Shown here: positions 25,475-38,795 of the stretch, one piece after another
Layout of the letters: each line of letters begins with the position of its first letter
How positions within the stretch are numbered: the stretch's first letter is position 1
From: Podarcis filfolensis
Taxonomy: Eukaryota
Length of the DNA: 64,000 nt
Strand: one strand, 5' to 3'
Assembly (NCBI GenBank): GCA_964270895.1
Contig: OZ185445.1
Program-made: the position numbers and the translations under genes
Notes under the pieces: generated by a model
What the model was told of the DNA's origin: nothing
Seen by the model: only the letters and a program-made list of their open reading frames with translations
Database searches by the model: none

Positions 25475-25625
25475 GCTGAGATAGCTCAGTCAGTAGAACA
25501 TGAAGCTCTAAATCTCAGAGGGGTGGGTTTCGAGTCCTGTATTGGGCAAAAAGATTCCTGGATTGGAGGGGGTTGGCCTACATGACCCTCATACCCTCTT
25601 CCAACTCTACGATTCTATGATTCTA
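25475..25625 (+). mobile_element. tRNA(Lys)-like SINE with a CR1-type 3' tail
   Basis: Head gctgagatagctcagtcagtagaacatga...ggtttcgagtcc (A and B boxes); tail gggggttgg...atgaccctc...ttccaactctacgattctatgattcta. Confidence 0.85.
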
Positions 25626-25759
25626 AGGGCAAAGCATTTCAGTTTTCAAAATTACAGGGCATGCTGGAATCGTGAAGGTGGAAATAGGGAAGCCATCACA
25701 AACTATGGGCCTGTGGTACTCCCAGAAAAAAGACAGCTACCGAAGTGCACTTCAAAGTA

Positions 25760-26115
25760 GGTAAAAGGATGATTAAGTCCAGTCAAAGGGAACTATGGGG
25801 GGCGGCACTCAGGCTGAGGGAGCTGGTGTTTGTCCACAGACAGCTTTCCGGGTCATGCAGCCAGCATGACTAAACCACTTCTGGCGCAATGAAAAACCAC
25901 CACGGAAACCAGAGCGCATGGAAACGCCGTTTACCTTCCCACCGCAGCGGTACCTATTTATCTACTTGCACTTGCGTGCTTTTGAACTGCTAGGTTGAAG
26001 CTGGGACAGAGCAACGGGAGCTTGCCCTGTTGTGGGGATTCGAACCGCCAACCTTCTGATCAGCAAGCCCAAGAGCCTCAGTGGTTTAGACCACAGTGCC
26101 ACCTGCGTTCCTTTT
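25760..26115 (-). mobile_element. Sauria SINE (Squam1), full length
   Basis: Diagnostic core (antisense) tttaccttccc...ggtacctatttatctacttgcac and tRNA head gattcgaaccgcc; 11-bp TSD ACTTCAAAGTA at 25749-25759 and 26116-26126. Confidence 0.95.
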
Positions 26116-27349
26116 ACTTCAAAGTAAGCCCCAGTGATGTAGGGTGAGACTAGGACTGCAGGACTGTTAGAACTGTAGCTTCAAACAAGATGATGCAGTA
26201 GTCTAAAAACACTTTGAAATATGTACAAAAAGCAACAAACGTGCATTTTACAATACGTGAATATACATTAATCAGGCATGCTAGCAATTGCACCAAGTAA
26301 ATGCCTACCACAAAACACTGCTGGCTCTCCTCTCCAGCTTGTCACATAAGCGCCTCTAATTTTGCCTTTATTTAAGCCTTTGTTTTTCATTGGAACAGCT
26401 AAGTCATTCTTCTGAGGCAACAAAACATCCTTTTACGTGCTCTTATGGGGGCTTCTCTAAGTACTCCACTGGGGAGAACCAAGATAAATATATATCTACT
26501 CATTCTGAGATACTTGTAAATAGAACAACAGGCATTTACTATTGTTCAGCCAGTGCTAACATCTTGTAGTTGAGGAGAGGGAAGACTGGGAACTCATGAG
26601 GCCACCACGTAACATTTGGACTTTCTGAGCCTAAAAAAGTGAATAAAACATTTTATAGCTAATAAATCTACTACTGTAGATTTATTCGGAAGTGAACCTT
26701 TTGAGATGCCCATTTTCTCTCTTGTACTCTGATAAGGCTACAAGGGTTGCACCTGCTATCATTTCAAGGATATCACTGTGTACCACCAATATGCAGTCAA
26801 GATAAAGAAAACGTTACAAAACCTAACAGAAATAGGCTTAGGTGCATCCAAGCTATCAGAAATTTTATCTCCCCTCCGCTTGAATGCCAGAACCTCATAT
26901 CACAAATTTCTTTTGAAACCCTGTACATATTTGCATATGCAGTAAATATTTAAGAAAATCTAAAAACTCCCTTGAACATGCAAAACAAGTTGTGCAGTTC
27001 CAAGGGTCCAGGTTGAAGAGGGGTGGGGGCATAAATCTTTATTAAAAATTACTGCCACGATCCAAACCAAAAACCAGTCTTACACATACTATGACTAAAT
27101 TCAAATGGTTGGTTCTATCTAAAACATGCTAAGCAGCCTGAAGGATTGACATCACCCAAATAAACTGTGCCCAGCAACTCAGATAACCTTCAGAGCTACT
27201 TTTCCATGTGCCCTCACCTTCTGAAATAAGGTTGGTGGCTAATTCCCCGGATACATTTACCTGGAGATGCCTTTGTTATCTTTTAAGTGCCAGGTGAATG
27301 TAGTTTGGCTCGTTCACTTGGGCTTTTAATTGTAACCAGCACACCTTTC

Positions 27350-27712
27350 TTTTTAAAAAATATATTATTTATTAAATTTGCACACCTCCCATCATCTGAA
27401 GATCACAGGGTGGTTCACAACATAAAAATACAAAATGAGAAAACAAAATACACAATAAAACAAAAACAAACCAATAACCCCCTCCCACAAACATATTTAA
27501 AAGGCCATCAAATGTTAATCACCCAAAGGCCTGATTACAGAGAAATGTTTTCACCTGCTGCCTAAAGCTATGTAATGAAGGCACCAGGTGAACATCCGTA
27601 AGGAAAGCATTCCACAAATTGGGAGCCACCGCAGAAAAGACCCATCCTTGCATTGCCATCCTCCGGACCTCTATTGGATGAGGCACACACACAAAGAAGG
27701 GCCTCAGATTAT
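27350..27712 (-). mobile_element. L2 LINE 3' end
   Basis: tttattaaatt...cagggtggttcacaac tail followed by aaagcattccacaaattgggagccaccgcagaaaagaccc, the antisense of the L2 ORF2 C-terminus. Confidence 0.8.
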
Positions 27713-30629
27713 ATTTCTCTTTCAAACATTTTGCACTAATCGAAATGCTTTTTGAGGACTTTTAAATTCAAAAGGTGAAATTGGAAATCTCTTTAAAATG
27801 TAAAGAGAAACTAGATCTTGAGCTGCCTTTCTACTATTGGAAGGGGCTCATTCCATTTTTAAAAGGGAAAAGCAAACTCGTGGAACAGCACCTCTCATGC
27901 TGTTACAGAGGGTCCCTCAGTCTCCCAGAGCCTATTTTCAGGAGGGACAAGAAGGAGGGAGAATTAGCAAGAATCACTTTCCCTGTATTCTGCCAGCGAT
28001 AGGTTTCTTGTGAGCAAAATTCATTTCATGGGCTCTTTGGTTCCAAGTGATTGCTTTGGTCATCTTAAAGCAGTTACCACCATTTGTAATCCATGCAGAC
28101 AGAAATAATCTCAAATTATCCTCATTCTCTTTCTTTCTTTATTGATGCACACCAGTGTGCGTGGCATACAAGAGGGCAGATCTCTGCCTCAACACTACTA
28201 GGCACTGCAGAAGGACCCCTATGAGAACATGGCTAAGCTTCCAGGTCCTCTTCATAAAAGACAAGAAGAAGGTAACATGAAGAATACTACCCCAAGGCAA
28301 TTGGTCAATACTGTAGCATCATCTGCTAACTGAAGGTGCTACATACCCAATCATTATGATACTTGTGTTAGTTAGTGACGGTCTCTATAATCCTCCACAC
28401 TCACTTTCCCAAGTAAGAGTTCCACATTCGGGTCAAAGCACATTCCACAGCAGTAAACTCGATCTCAACAAGAGACCCCCAATGCCGGATTCATTCCAAA
28501 ATCCTCATTGTAAAGCTGGGGATGAACTGAATGCAAATTGTGTCTTTCATGTATGAATCTCTCCCCCCCCCCCATCCCCTCTCCTTCAGATTTGGTTGTT
28601 TTTGTCATATAAGTGCACATGATACCTTTTCATTAAAAAAATGCACTAGTAACCGAATTCTAGCTGAGAAAATGAAACCATGAATTAAGGAGGAGATTAC
28701 ATTTATTTGTTTGCTTTTTTTAAAAAAAAGATTAATTATCAATGCACTTTAAAAGGGGGAGGGGATATACTCTCATATATTATGAAACTTTTCTCCACCA
28801 ATGAAAACGATTGTTTTCAGCTAGATAACTGCTGCACTTTAATTTTACATACACAGACACACACAAACACACATACAGGTTTTTAAACATGAGTGGAAAA
28901 TATATTTTCCACCTCCCAAACTATTATGTTTAAGCTTAATTACAGATATGACTAAGATTAAAATGGGATGAGTGGTGGCTTTCTGAATGAATAATTAATT
29001 AACGAGAAAGGTAAATGACCTTGAATGGTACAATCTGTTAAAAGAAATGAATATTTTATTTTTTATTTTTTAAAAAGCAGGATAGGGAAAACGTTTCTCT
29101 GGAAAGTCCCTTTGACTGGACTTCCCAAAACTCACTCCCTCTCTCTTTCTCACCCCCCTGCCCCCACTTTTTCTCTCTGTCACTTCTATTAAATTGTGAT
29201 CAGATATCAAACACTATTTCATGGGGATGTAGAACAGAGCGGGGGGGGGGATGAGTCTTAGATGAAACCAGATTACGCTCTTTTTCTGAACACTTGCCAA
29301 ATGTTTGTAAGTTGAATACATGTTTGGGCATTCTTGCACTCAAACAGCTGCAGTTCTACACTGCCATCACAAACCTATGTGATCTATAGTGACTCTAGGC
29401 CATATGTTCCTCTCTTCTTATGCAGCGAAGAAAGGAGAATGGCCTTGGGGCTTAAAGAAGGGGGGAGGGCTTGCATGGCACTGAAAGGTGGATGCCTTCT
29501 AGATTTCTCCCATGCAGAGTCACTGCCATAAAGGCCTGGGCTACCCGTTTGCTATCCTGTTCCTACACGGCACAGAGGGTTGTAGGAGACAGCCTGCAAA
29601 CGTAAGCTTTGACAAGCAGGTTTTTTTTTTAAGCACAGTCAAAAGCATCATACATTTATTTTATTCTTCTTGGATGGGGAATTATTCACAATACAGCAAG
29701 GAGTGAATGCAGCAATGCTACCTTGCCTATCACATCTTATCGCTTGTGGGCATTGGGAGGCATGGCAAGTGAATGGACCAGTCTAGCTTTTAGCAACACT
29801 TTTCTCTTTTCTCCTGCAAAGAATTCATGGGGGAAAGGAAAGTGGCACCCTATCTACACTACTACACAAATACTCCAGTATGTGTCATTTATGAGTGGTG
29901 TACAAATCTCTTCCTCCCATAGAATCTTACATGGAACTCCAGAATGCATAGCAACCCCGTTGGGACAAACCGTGTGATCCTAACCATGCTAACTCAAAAA
30001 CAATATACAGTATATAGCAGAGGCTTACTATCAGATAAACATATCTAGGGCTATAGTCTAAAAATAAGATTTCTCATACGATGGTTCTGTCAACGTCATG
30101 TGCATCAGGTAGCGTCACCTCCAAAGTCCAAGCAACAGAAAAAGCTTACAAAGTAAGCAGCTGCCTTTGAACAGGTGTTCAATGCAATTTAGACTCCCAG
30201 TTGCGGTACACCTATGCTTAAGCAGGTAGCTGCTACTGCATAAACTCTTCTGGAAACTAAGGGGCAAGACTAGCTAGTTTGCATGACTATGGGACCATGG
30301 GAGTAGCCGTATTCCCTGTTCTCCTCTGGATTGCCTTACACACGAGTAACACGTGCAAGTAAACTTTGTGATTATTCCACACTAACTTAAGACAGCCCTT
30401 CCAATTCTCCCTGAACTCTATGCAGCACCTTTGATACGACAAACTTTCCGAAGCGGCTCTATGGGTTGGGAGTTGAAGGCATAGGCACCAGTGTGGTTCT
30501 ACTCATACCCACAGAACCAGTTCCAGGATGAGGACTTCCAGCTTGGTCCCTTGGCAGTTACACTGTGCGGTCCTGTAGATCAATCTTGTCCCCTGCACAA
30601 AATATAATTTTTTAAAAATGCATTTGGGG

Positions 30630-30880
30630 CATGGTGATGCTGATAACACCCAGCTCTCTCTCTCTTTTCCACTGGAGAAAGGGAAAGCTTTCCAGGTGCT
30701 TAATTTGTGCCTGAAACAGATGGTGGGCAGCATGAGGACCAATAAACTGAAACTGAATCTCAATAAGAGATTCTGGGGGTCCAGAAGTTAGGGGAGGGTC
30801 TTATTCTGCACAGCACTCCATTCCCTCTGAAGGAGAAGGTGCATAGGATGGGTGTACCCCTTGATTTCACCTTCAGTGCA
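30630..30880 (+). mobile_element. L2 LINE RT fragment
   Basis: gctgataacacccagctc corresponds to a decayed (Y)ADDTQL; aataaactgaaactgaat corresponds to NKLKLN. Confidence 0.75.
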
Positions 30881-33334
30881 GGCCTAACTGGCCACAAGTG
30901 ATGATCACAGCTGGGGGAAGAAAGAAGTAAACCTCCCCTCCCATATACTGCTGTTAGGATAATAGTTCTTCTCCCTTCATCTTTAATAAATTAAGGGGGG
31001 AAACAGAAGACTTGAATTAACTATAATGCATGGTTTTTCCCAGAGTTATACCTACTGAAGCAGCTGTATTCTGAGAGCCAAACGCAACACAACAAAGATA
31101 GCCATATTTTTGTCCCTGTGTCAACTACATTCTCATGTAAAGCAGGGAACTCATTTTTCACATTAGAAAGGGGCACACAGGTTAGGAAAACTTAATATCT
31201 CACAGCCTTAACTCCACATTTTTCCCAGTGCTAAGAACATGAAGAGGCAAGAGTTTAGTTCCTTCAAACATATGCACATTTTCAATGCAAAACCAAAAAA
31301 CACCTATCCCCATTCTATACGTGAATGAGACAGATAAAGGGATAAAACATGTGTTTGCAATTATTAGGTTCAGTTGGATACTGAATTTATTCAGGATTCT
31401 GGAGCAAAATCTGCTGTTGTCCTGATGCAAAAGATGATTGGCGTTGGGTAGATAGTATCTCTCAATGGTGGAAACAGAATGTCAAGGCATGACGTGCTTA
31501 AAAAAACACAACCCAAACAATCCCTATTTACAGTGTTTTCAGGTAACCCATCAGACATCCATGTTCTTCAACAAAATTTTACTAAGTGGGTACATACTAT
31601 TTCAGAGGGTTTTCCCTCTCATTGACATTACCTTAAAATGCACCATGATGGAACAAGCTATTGTGTATTAATGTCAATGATAATTATTTTAATTCTTCTC
31701 CTCACTCCCTCTCCACAGTTGCAATATCTCATGGTTGAGCTACAAGATTAAATCTCACTATTAAAAAAATATCAACGATGAATTAATTTCCCTTAATTGC
31801 ATACTTTGAACATTGAACATAATGGATAAGTAGTCCCATTATTTGCCTGCTAGCTGTTCTTTTAGGGTATAATCATGGATTAATCCTGGGCATCATTTGG
31901 CTTTTATTTTAAAAAGTAGATGGTCCAACAGAATAGTGCAAATGACCACAGATGACATGTTTTGATGATGAAGATGCTGGTGACATTAAATAGATCCCAC
32001 TGAGCAAACCCCACCACCACCTTTTCAACCAGAGAAAGCAGAAATGTTGCTCTGATCTTCCAAGTTCTTACACTGGAGTACTACCGAGGCAACTGATTTT
32101 ATGATTAGGCAACTTTTAATATGCACTGTTTTTAGATGGAGGCATATTTACATGCATCTTTCTGGCATGAAACTTCTCAAAGCTGCCCAAATGAAATACC
32201 TAGATTTTGCTGAACAGAGTAACAAAAGCTATTGTCATAGCTTCCAGCGATTAATGAACATCTTTACTGTCAGAAATATATAACCGAAGTAACTATCTTG
32301 TGAGCAAACGTTATCAATAAATTGTGTTAATTGATCTCTACTTTGCACAGATATTGTGTTTATATACATCACAAGCACAATCTCTAAATATGTGTTCTTT
32401 ATTAAGAACTGCAATAAAATTCAGTGGCAATCTTCTTAGGAAGCTTGATGTTGCAGCAACAAACTTGTACCTTTGAACACTTGCTGAGACCACTGGATCA
32501 GCACTCCATAACTCTAAGTAAAAATAAAAAATAGAACCTCCATGTTCAGGGGAAGTATACCTCTGAATAAGCAATACTGAAAACAAACAACTTGTATGTT
32601 TCTTGTGTTTGAACTATTTGAAACAAGACTGGCTAGATGATCCAAGTACTCCACCATTCGGATAAGGCTCTGAGCTCTGCCAGAGAGGCAAAGGAGAGAG
32701 CTAGCGCCTAAGTGCACATAGGACTGCAGCCTCACCAGTATTGGAAATCTAGCAATTAAATCGTGCAAGGGCTAAGGGCTTTATTTTCTATAAAAAGCTA
32801 ATATCCCACCTTTCAGCTTAAAATGCCTTCATGGTGGCTTCAGGGCAAAAAATGATTAGTTCCCAAAAGATATGCAGTTTAAATGAAATAGTGTTTGTGA
32901 TCTTTCTCTCTGTGTTGTGAGTGAATTGCACAAGGACTGTGGGCAAAAATGCCTAGTCAGTTGATGCGTCTTTGAGCACATCCTTTAGCACATAATTCCA
33001 CAGCATGCTGCAATCACCTCTTGCTTAAAAAGTGTTCCGCTGGCAAACTGTTTCAAAAGACTCACTAGCCTATCAAGATGATTGACGTCAGTCTTTCCTG
33101 TGTGTTTCAACTATAAAGATATTCCGCCATAAAATCTAAGTCAAGATATTTTAGATTGGGTGGATTGTAACTGGATTCTTATTTTATACTACTTCCTCCA
33201 CTTGTTTGAATAGGAGAACACAGGTGGGGGGGGGGGAGTGGTGACAAATGCAAATACCCCAGAACAAATACTACACTGAAATGATGCTCTAACAGTATGG
33301 AAGCCCAAATTAAAATTCCAATTACTACCTCCAA

Positions 33335-33667
33335 ATGTCAGCAGTTCGAATCCCCCCAACGGGGTGAACTCCCGTTGCTCTGTCCCAGCTTCTGCCAACC
33401 TAGCAGCTCAAAAGCACAACAGTGCAAGTAGATAAATAGGTACTGCTGTGGCAGGAAGGTAAACGGCGTTTGCATGTGCTCTAGCTTCCATCACAATGTT
33501 CTGTTGCACCAGAAGCAGTTTAGTGATACTGGCCCCATGACCCGGAAAGCTGTCTGTGGACAAATACCAGCTCCCTCAGCCTGAAGCAAGATGAATGCCA
33601 CACTCCATAGTCGCCTTTGACTGGACTTAACCATCCAGGGGTCCTTTACCTTCCTTTACCTTTTTAC
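33335..33667 (+). mobile_element. Sauria SINE (Squam1), 5'-truncated
   Basis: gcagttcgaatcccc...gtgcaagtagataaataggtac...gggtcctttaccttcctttacc; shares the ggaaagctgtctgtggacaaa segment with the copy at 25760. Confidence 0.93.
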
Positions 33668-36600
33668 TATTAGTGTTTCAGGATTTGGGTCCTAGTTTAG
33701 GACTGTAATAGTTTGAGCAGCTGCCCTTCCTGAAATTACTTGGCATCTTGCGATCCTGAGCCCAGTAGCTAGAATGATATGCTCCTACCCCTATATTGTT
33801 CCTATATGCCTTGCTGTGGGAAATTGTTTTCTAATGTGAACAGGGCACACCTTCATTATCTCTTGTCTGTGTTGTCTTGTACAGTTCTTCATGTCTGTGT
33901 TTCCTACTTTTCGTGTTTTGCAAAATTGGAAACCTTGAAGCTTTCCAATAAAAGCAAGTATAAAACTTTCTAGAGTGGTAAGCTTTTCCATGAGGAATTG
34001 GGTCATATGAATGGTTCAAAATGCATCATGCTTTTTAAGAATCTTCAAGAAATCGACTGCTGAAAATTAAATAGCCTTGGAATCAATGTTCCTTTAGATG
34101 TCATGTTCCCCAGTGCTTCAGTCATTGTTTGGAGGATTAGCAATCAACCCTGACCATGTTCCTGCCTCCTGGCTTAATAGAACATTTCCTGGTTTGTCAA
34201 ACCACTATTTTCTGTGACACCCAAACCAGCCAATTGTAGCCTGAGACATTCTTCCAAACCAGGATTACAAACCAGGGTTGTTATAGAGGACTAGAGAACA
34301 CAATATTTGAATGCAGTCATTGACATTCTTCACTTCAAAGTGACCTAGTTTCTGTGGCTCACATTGCACAGTGATTGTATTAAGTCACTGTGCCATAGAA
34401 CAATGGACCATTTAAATCTAGTCCAATTCTCTCCCCACCACCACCACACATTTTCTTGACTAGGATCAACCTATCACAGTTGGTCAGCTCACCAACACTG
34501 GCTCATGACAACCTTGTACACATTACTGGATTGCCAGCAGGGCCAGAAGATACAGCAGAAGCAGTACAAAAGAGGAAGTGACTATCATTTCAGGTATGCT
34601 TCCTAAGGAAAGGCAAGATCCTACTGCATGATCCCTTTACTGGGGAAAAGAAAATCTTAGGAACCACTCCCCTAGGGGTAATTCCCTCCCTTTCTTCTTC
34701 CCAGGAATAATCTATAGTTGTCGGGGAGTGATGGAACGAAACACACCTTCAAGTGTCAAGTACAATGTAAAGTGTTTATTGTGCTATAGATTGGTAGTTC
34801 CCAACACCTTTAGCATGAAATTTACTCGGCATGGTGACCCATTGTTGCATGATTTTTGGACCTCAAGTCTTTGGCAGCCATCAATTTCATGCATTTTAAT
34901 TGCAACCTAGAAAACACTATGCAACCCACGGCCCACTTGCAGTTCACAACAGACAGGTCGGGAAACACTGCAAAATATAGTACAGTATGTGATACAATTC
35001 ACCAAATATGGTGTGGGTTTTCTGTTCAGAGGCATGTCCGTAATATAAAACAATATTGAATTAAAACAAACAAACATTTGGCCAGCCAAACATTCAAGTG
35101 CAAATCAAGCATTGCAACATGTTTTATGAATACACTTCTCTGTTACAAATTCTTATCTTGAAATAAACGGAATGGGAATAAAATATTGCACAAGCACAGC
35201 TCCAAGTGGTGGAGAAATCCTTTTTGTTTCCCCTCCATCCCTGGTGGTCCTGTGCTTACTTTGCAACACAACAAAAAACACCTGAAAGTGTGGCAGTCTC
35301 AGGCTGCAGGAATTTAAGCACGGAGCAGGAAAATTCAGCTGTCTTGTTAAAGCCAGCTGGGTACATAGTGGTATGTAGTATTGTTACATGCCAAGTGTGT
35401 TTACAAGGTGTGTGAGGGTTACTGGAAAGATCACGACATGATGTGGATAAAGTGCCTCCACTCTACTACCTTAACTGTTGCCCAAATCTGAAGTGGACTC
35501 ATTTTACGCAGGCTCCAAGCAGCACACGTTTTAGGTAGAAGCACTCAAAAAATTTGGACAGACATCAAGAAAACAAGAAGCTGGGCCAAAAATCATAATA
35601 TTTTTAAAATATATATATTTAGTAGAGGGCTTTTTTCGTTGTTAAAACACCTGCTACCCCTTTAAATTGCAAAGAAAATCAAGTGCCATTGAAACCAATG
35701 GAATCTAAGCGCACAATTAAAGCATTTAAGTTCCCAATGGACTTCAAAAGGAACAGCCAAGTTTCTACAGCTTCATGATCCACCCTTGCATGATGTCGGA
35801 GTCTGGTTGCTGGGGGTTTTTGTGCGCTTTTTTAATGAAAGTCAAGAGCACAACAAATGACATAGAACTTGAAGGAATTATTGAAAAGAAATAATAGAAG
35901 CACAAAACTAATTGCACAGAATGTGGCACTGAATAAATTAGCTGGAACCACAGATTAAGATGACCAGGAGTTTTCTTTTCCATAAGGGAAAGGGGTATGT
36001 CAGTTTGCTAAGTATTATTCTAGCGATCGGGCAAGTGTGAACCTCAACAGAAATTATGCAGAATATGGAGTAAGTTTTTAAATATTTCTTACAGATGTTT
36101 TACAAATACTTGCATCATCAGGTTGCAACCTTAAAGGTTGTGCAGGCCTTGGGTTAGACCTACAGAGAGCTAAGCAGGGAGGAGAGGGTTGGTTTGCTCT
36201 CCCAGCCATCAGGAGTGTTTGTTTTTTGCCTGCTCATTCAGTGAGATACCTGCTTGCAGGTAAGAAAGTGTGCTGATTGCAGTGTTTGGTACTGCCTGAT
36301 TGCTGGCTGAGCTGGGGTGTGAGCATGGTCCAGAACCTCCCTTGCTGTAAGAATAGGTTCTGCTACAGGCAGTGGGGTCGTCCCCAAAGAGGATGACAGC
36401 AAACGGGGTTTTCATTGTGGGTCATCCATCACTGCCAGTCAGAATATGGAATTGTAGGCTAGGAACTGTGGGAGAAAGGCCTGTTACCCTTACCTGGGAT
36501 GGTAGAGGGGGGAAGTTTGGCTTGACAGGGTTCCCTTAGAGTCAGAGACAGGGCGAGGACTTACCATCTTCCTCCTAACAGTGTGGGATTCACATGCTAC

Positions 36601-36869
36601 TAGGTCTTAGTTTACTATCTGTGGCCCTAATCTCCCAGTTGTATGATGCGATATTGGATGGAGGTCCTAAAATATGTCTGAGTGGGAAGGAAGCAGGGGG
36701 TTGCAAAGATGCTGACCCAGTTTCAATGGTCATGGGCAAGGGAAGATACAGTCAGAGTGGAAGGGCTGACTACTATTTGGGGTAGAGACATAGATATTTG
36801 GTCTCTGTTCTTTGTTACAGCCTTCCCACTCCTCGAGGAGGTACTGGTAGCTTATCCCCTGAGTCCTCT

Positions 36870-37330
36870 GGTTTGGCAGTGCTATTACTGAATGCCAGAT
36901 TAGTCCATGATAAGACCATGCTCATCCATGACTTGACTGTGGATGAAAGGGGCTGATATGGCTTGCACTACTGAAACTTGGATGAGTGAGCTGTGCTCAT
37001 CTGGGTGCTTAGTACAGTACCAGGCTGGGGACGGGGGTGTTGCTATTGTCCCTAAAAGCACCATCTCATTTACCAGAAAACCTATTGATCTTGGAATGGG
37101 GCTAGAGGGTCTGTACCTGGTGTTGAGCTAGGGAGACAGATTGGGGATGCTGCTGGTCTACTGACTAGCCTATTGCTCAACCGCATCTTTGATTAGGCTG
37201 GCCATCGTAAGTCTCTGAGATATTGCTGGGGGACCCCAGGTTGATAGTCCTGGGTGAGTTTAATATCAATGCAGAGGCTGCCACTGGGCTGGGTAAAGAC
37301 TTAATGGCCTCCATGACAATCATAGGGTGC
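36870..37330 (+). mobile_element. L2 LINE ORF2 APE endonuclease fragment (homology may extend further 5')
   Basis: LLNAR-like ttactgaatgccaga, ADMACTTETW and VLGEFNI motifs in broken frames. Confidence 0.8.
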
Positions 37331-38192
37331 ACCTTTGGTGTAGCCTTTGACCCAAGAGATATCAGGGATGGACCAAGGATGGGGGGCAGAAATACAAATT
37401 GTTGGTAGCTTCATGGCAATGATGGAAGTAAATTTCATTAATATGACAGTGCTACAAAAACTATCCTGAATTGCAACGGTGTATCAAGAACAACCAATTT
37501 ACAAATTACTAACAGAATAGCAGTATGTACACCAATCCGGTTAAAGAGAAAGGACAAATGTTTTCTAGCCACCTGCAGTTAAAAAGTTCTCACCGGATGA
37601 AACCAACAGGATTTTTGCAATATGAATTAAGGTCACAGAATTCATTGAGCCTTACTCTTGCATTAAGTCTGCTAAGGATTGCATCCTCAAAAGTTTATTT
37701 TAACTAAAGAATGCACGAAACATTCCTGTGAATGACCTTGTAATTATTATAGGCACTACAGGAAAATATAATATTTAGAAAGGAGTCAGTGCACTTTTAA
37801 ATGAAAGCTGAAGGGGGAAAAATATTTTATTGACAGATCTCCCAGAGTTGTGCATGCTGTAGATTTAAGTGCATCACACACCTAGCAGGTGCAGATTCTG
37901 CCAGTGAGATACACACAATGTTTTGTTACCTGGGTGCATCAAGATAACCAGGTGGCGTCTCTAGCTGAGCCAGCAGCTTCCTATATATAAATGCATACAG
38001 AAAGTGAGAAGAAGAAAAATATGTGTGTGTTTTAAATAAAAATGAGGGCATAGTTAGCTTTACAGAAATGAAAGGTAAGGAAGGATGGTTTCACAGCTGC
38101 TTGTAGATATGAAATCTATACTGCCTTATAAGTTCTTTCTTTTCACTGTAGTTTTTTTGCTGTTGTTCAAGATGCTGCTATAAAGAGACCAT

Positions 38193-38288
38193 TTAGCCTG
38201 TAATCCACCTGCCATTTACCTGGAAGTAAGCTCTACTGAATTCAGCGAGACTTGCTTCTGAGTAAACATGTACAATATTGTGCTGTTA
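38193..38288. repeat. ~100-bp short palindromic interspersed element (MITE-like)
   Basis: ttacctggaagtaagctctactgaattcagcgagacttgcttctgagtaaacatg; a similar element lies in the opposite orientation at 49900-49995. Confidence 0.55.
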
Positions 38289-38730
38289 GCTATTTATTTA
38301 TTTAGACTTATCGTTCATCCCATCCCCGAGGCTAAGATGCAAATCTGCTACTTCAAAGACCCACCGCAACTGTGAAGTAACCAATTTTCACTAATCAATG
38401 CTTTATCCCATTCCTAGGTTGAGGGAGAAATAAATATCCCATGTTACAGGGATATTATATATCAAAGGAATTTCCTTTGCATAAAGAATGATGATCAAAA
38501 TGCCATGGAAAAAGGATCCTGATTTGTTCCTTATACCTTCCCTACTGATCTGTCTTCTAACAGCTACTGCAGAAAATGAGTCTGGTGTTGCATGGAGATT
38601 TAAAAGGCTCTGTGGCAAAAATGGCTGATTATTTTCTGTTCAACTTTGGACCTTTGGTCGGAACATCTGGGACCAATGTGTGCAACTTCTTTAGTAGTGA
38701 TATTATTTTCTTCTTAAATGCTTTTGATTA

Positions 38731-38795
38731 CAGCGGTACCTCGGGTTACAAACACTTCGGGTTACAGACTTCGCTAACCCGGAAGTAGTACCTCG
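38731..38795. mobile_element. Terminal fragment of a Tc1/mariner (Tigger/pogo-like) non-autonomous element
   Basis: TA|cagcggtacctcgggttac terminus with internal gggttac repeats; no second TIR found. Confidence 0.6.

Noticed and set aside
31619-31680. 12-bp perfect inverted repeat (TCATTGACATTA) with a 38-nt spacer
   Set aside because: AT-rich and short enough to arise by chance in 64 kb; no TSD or stem extension.
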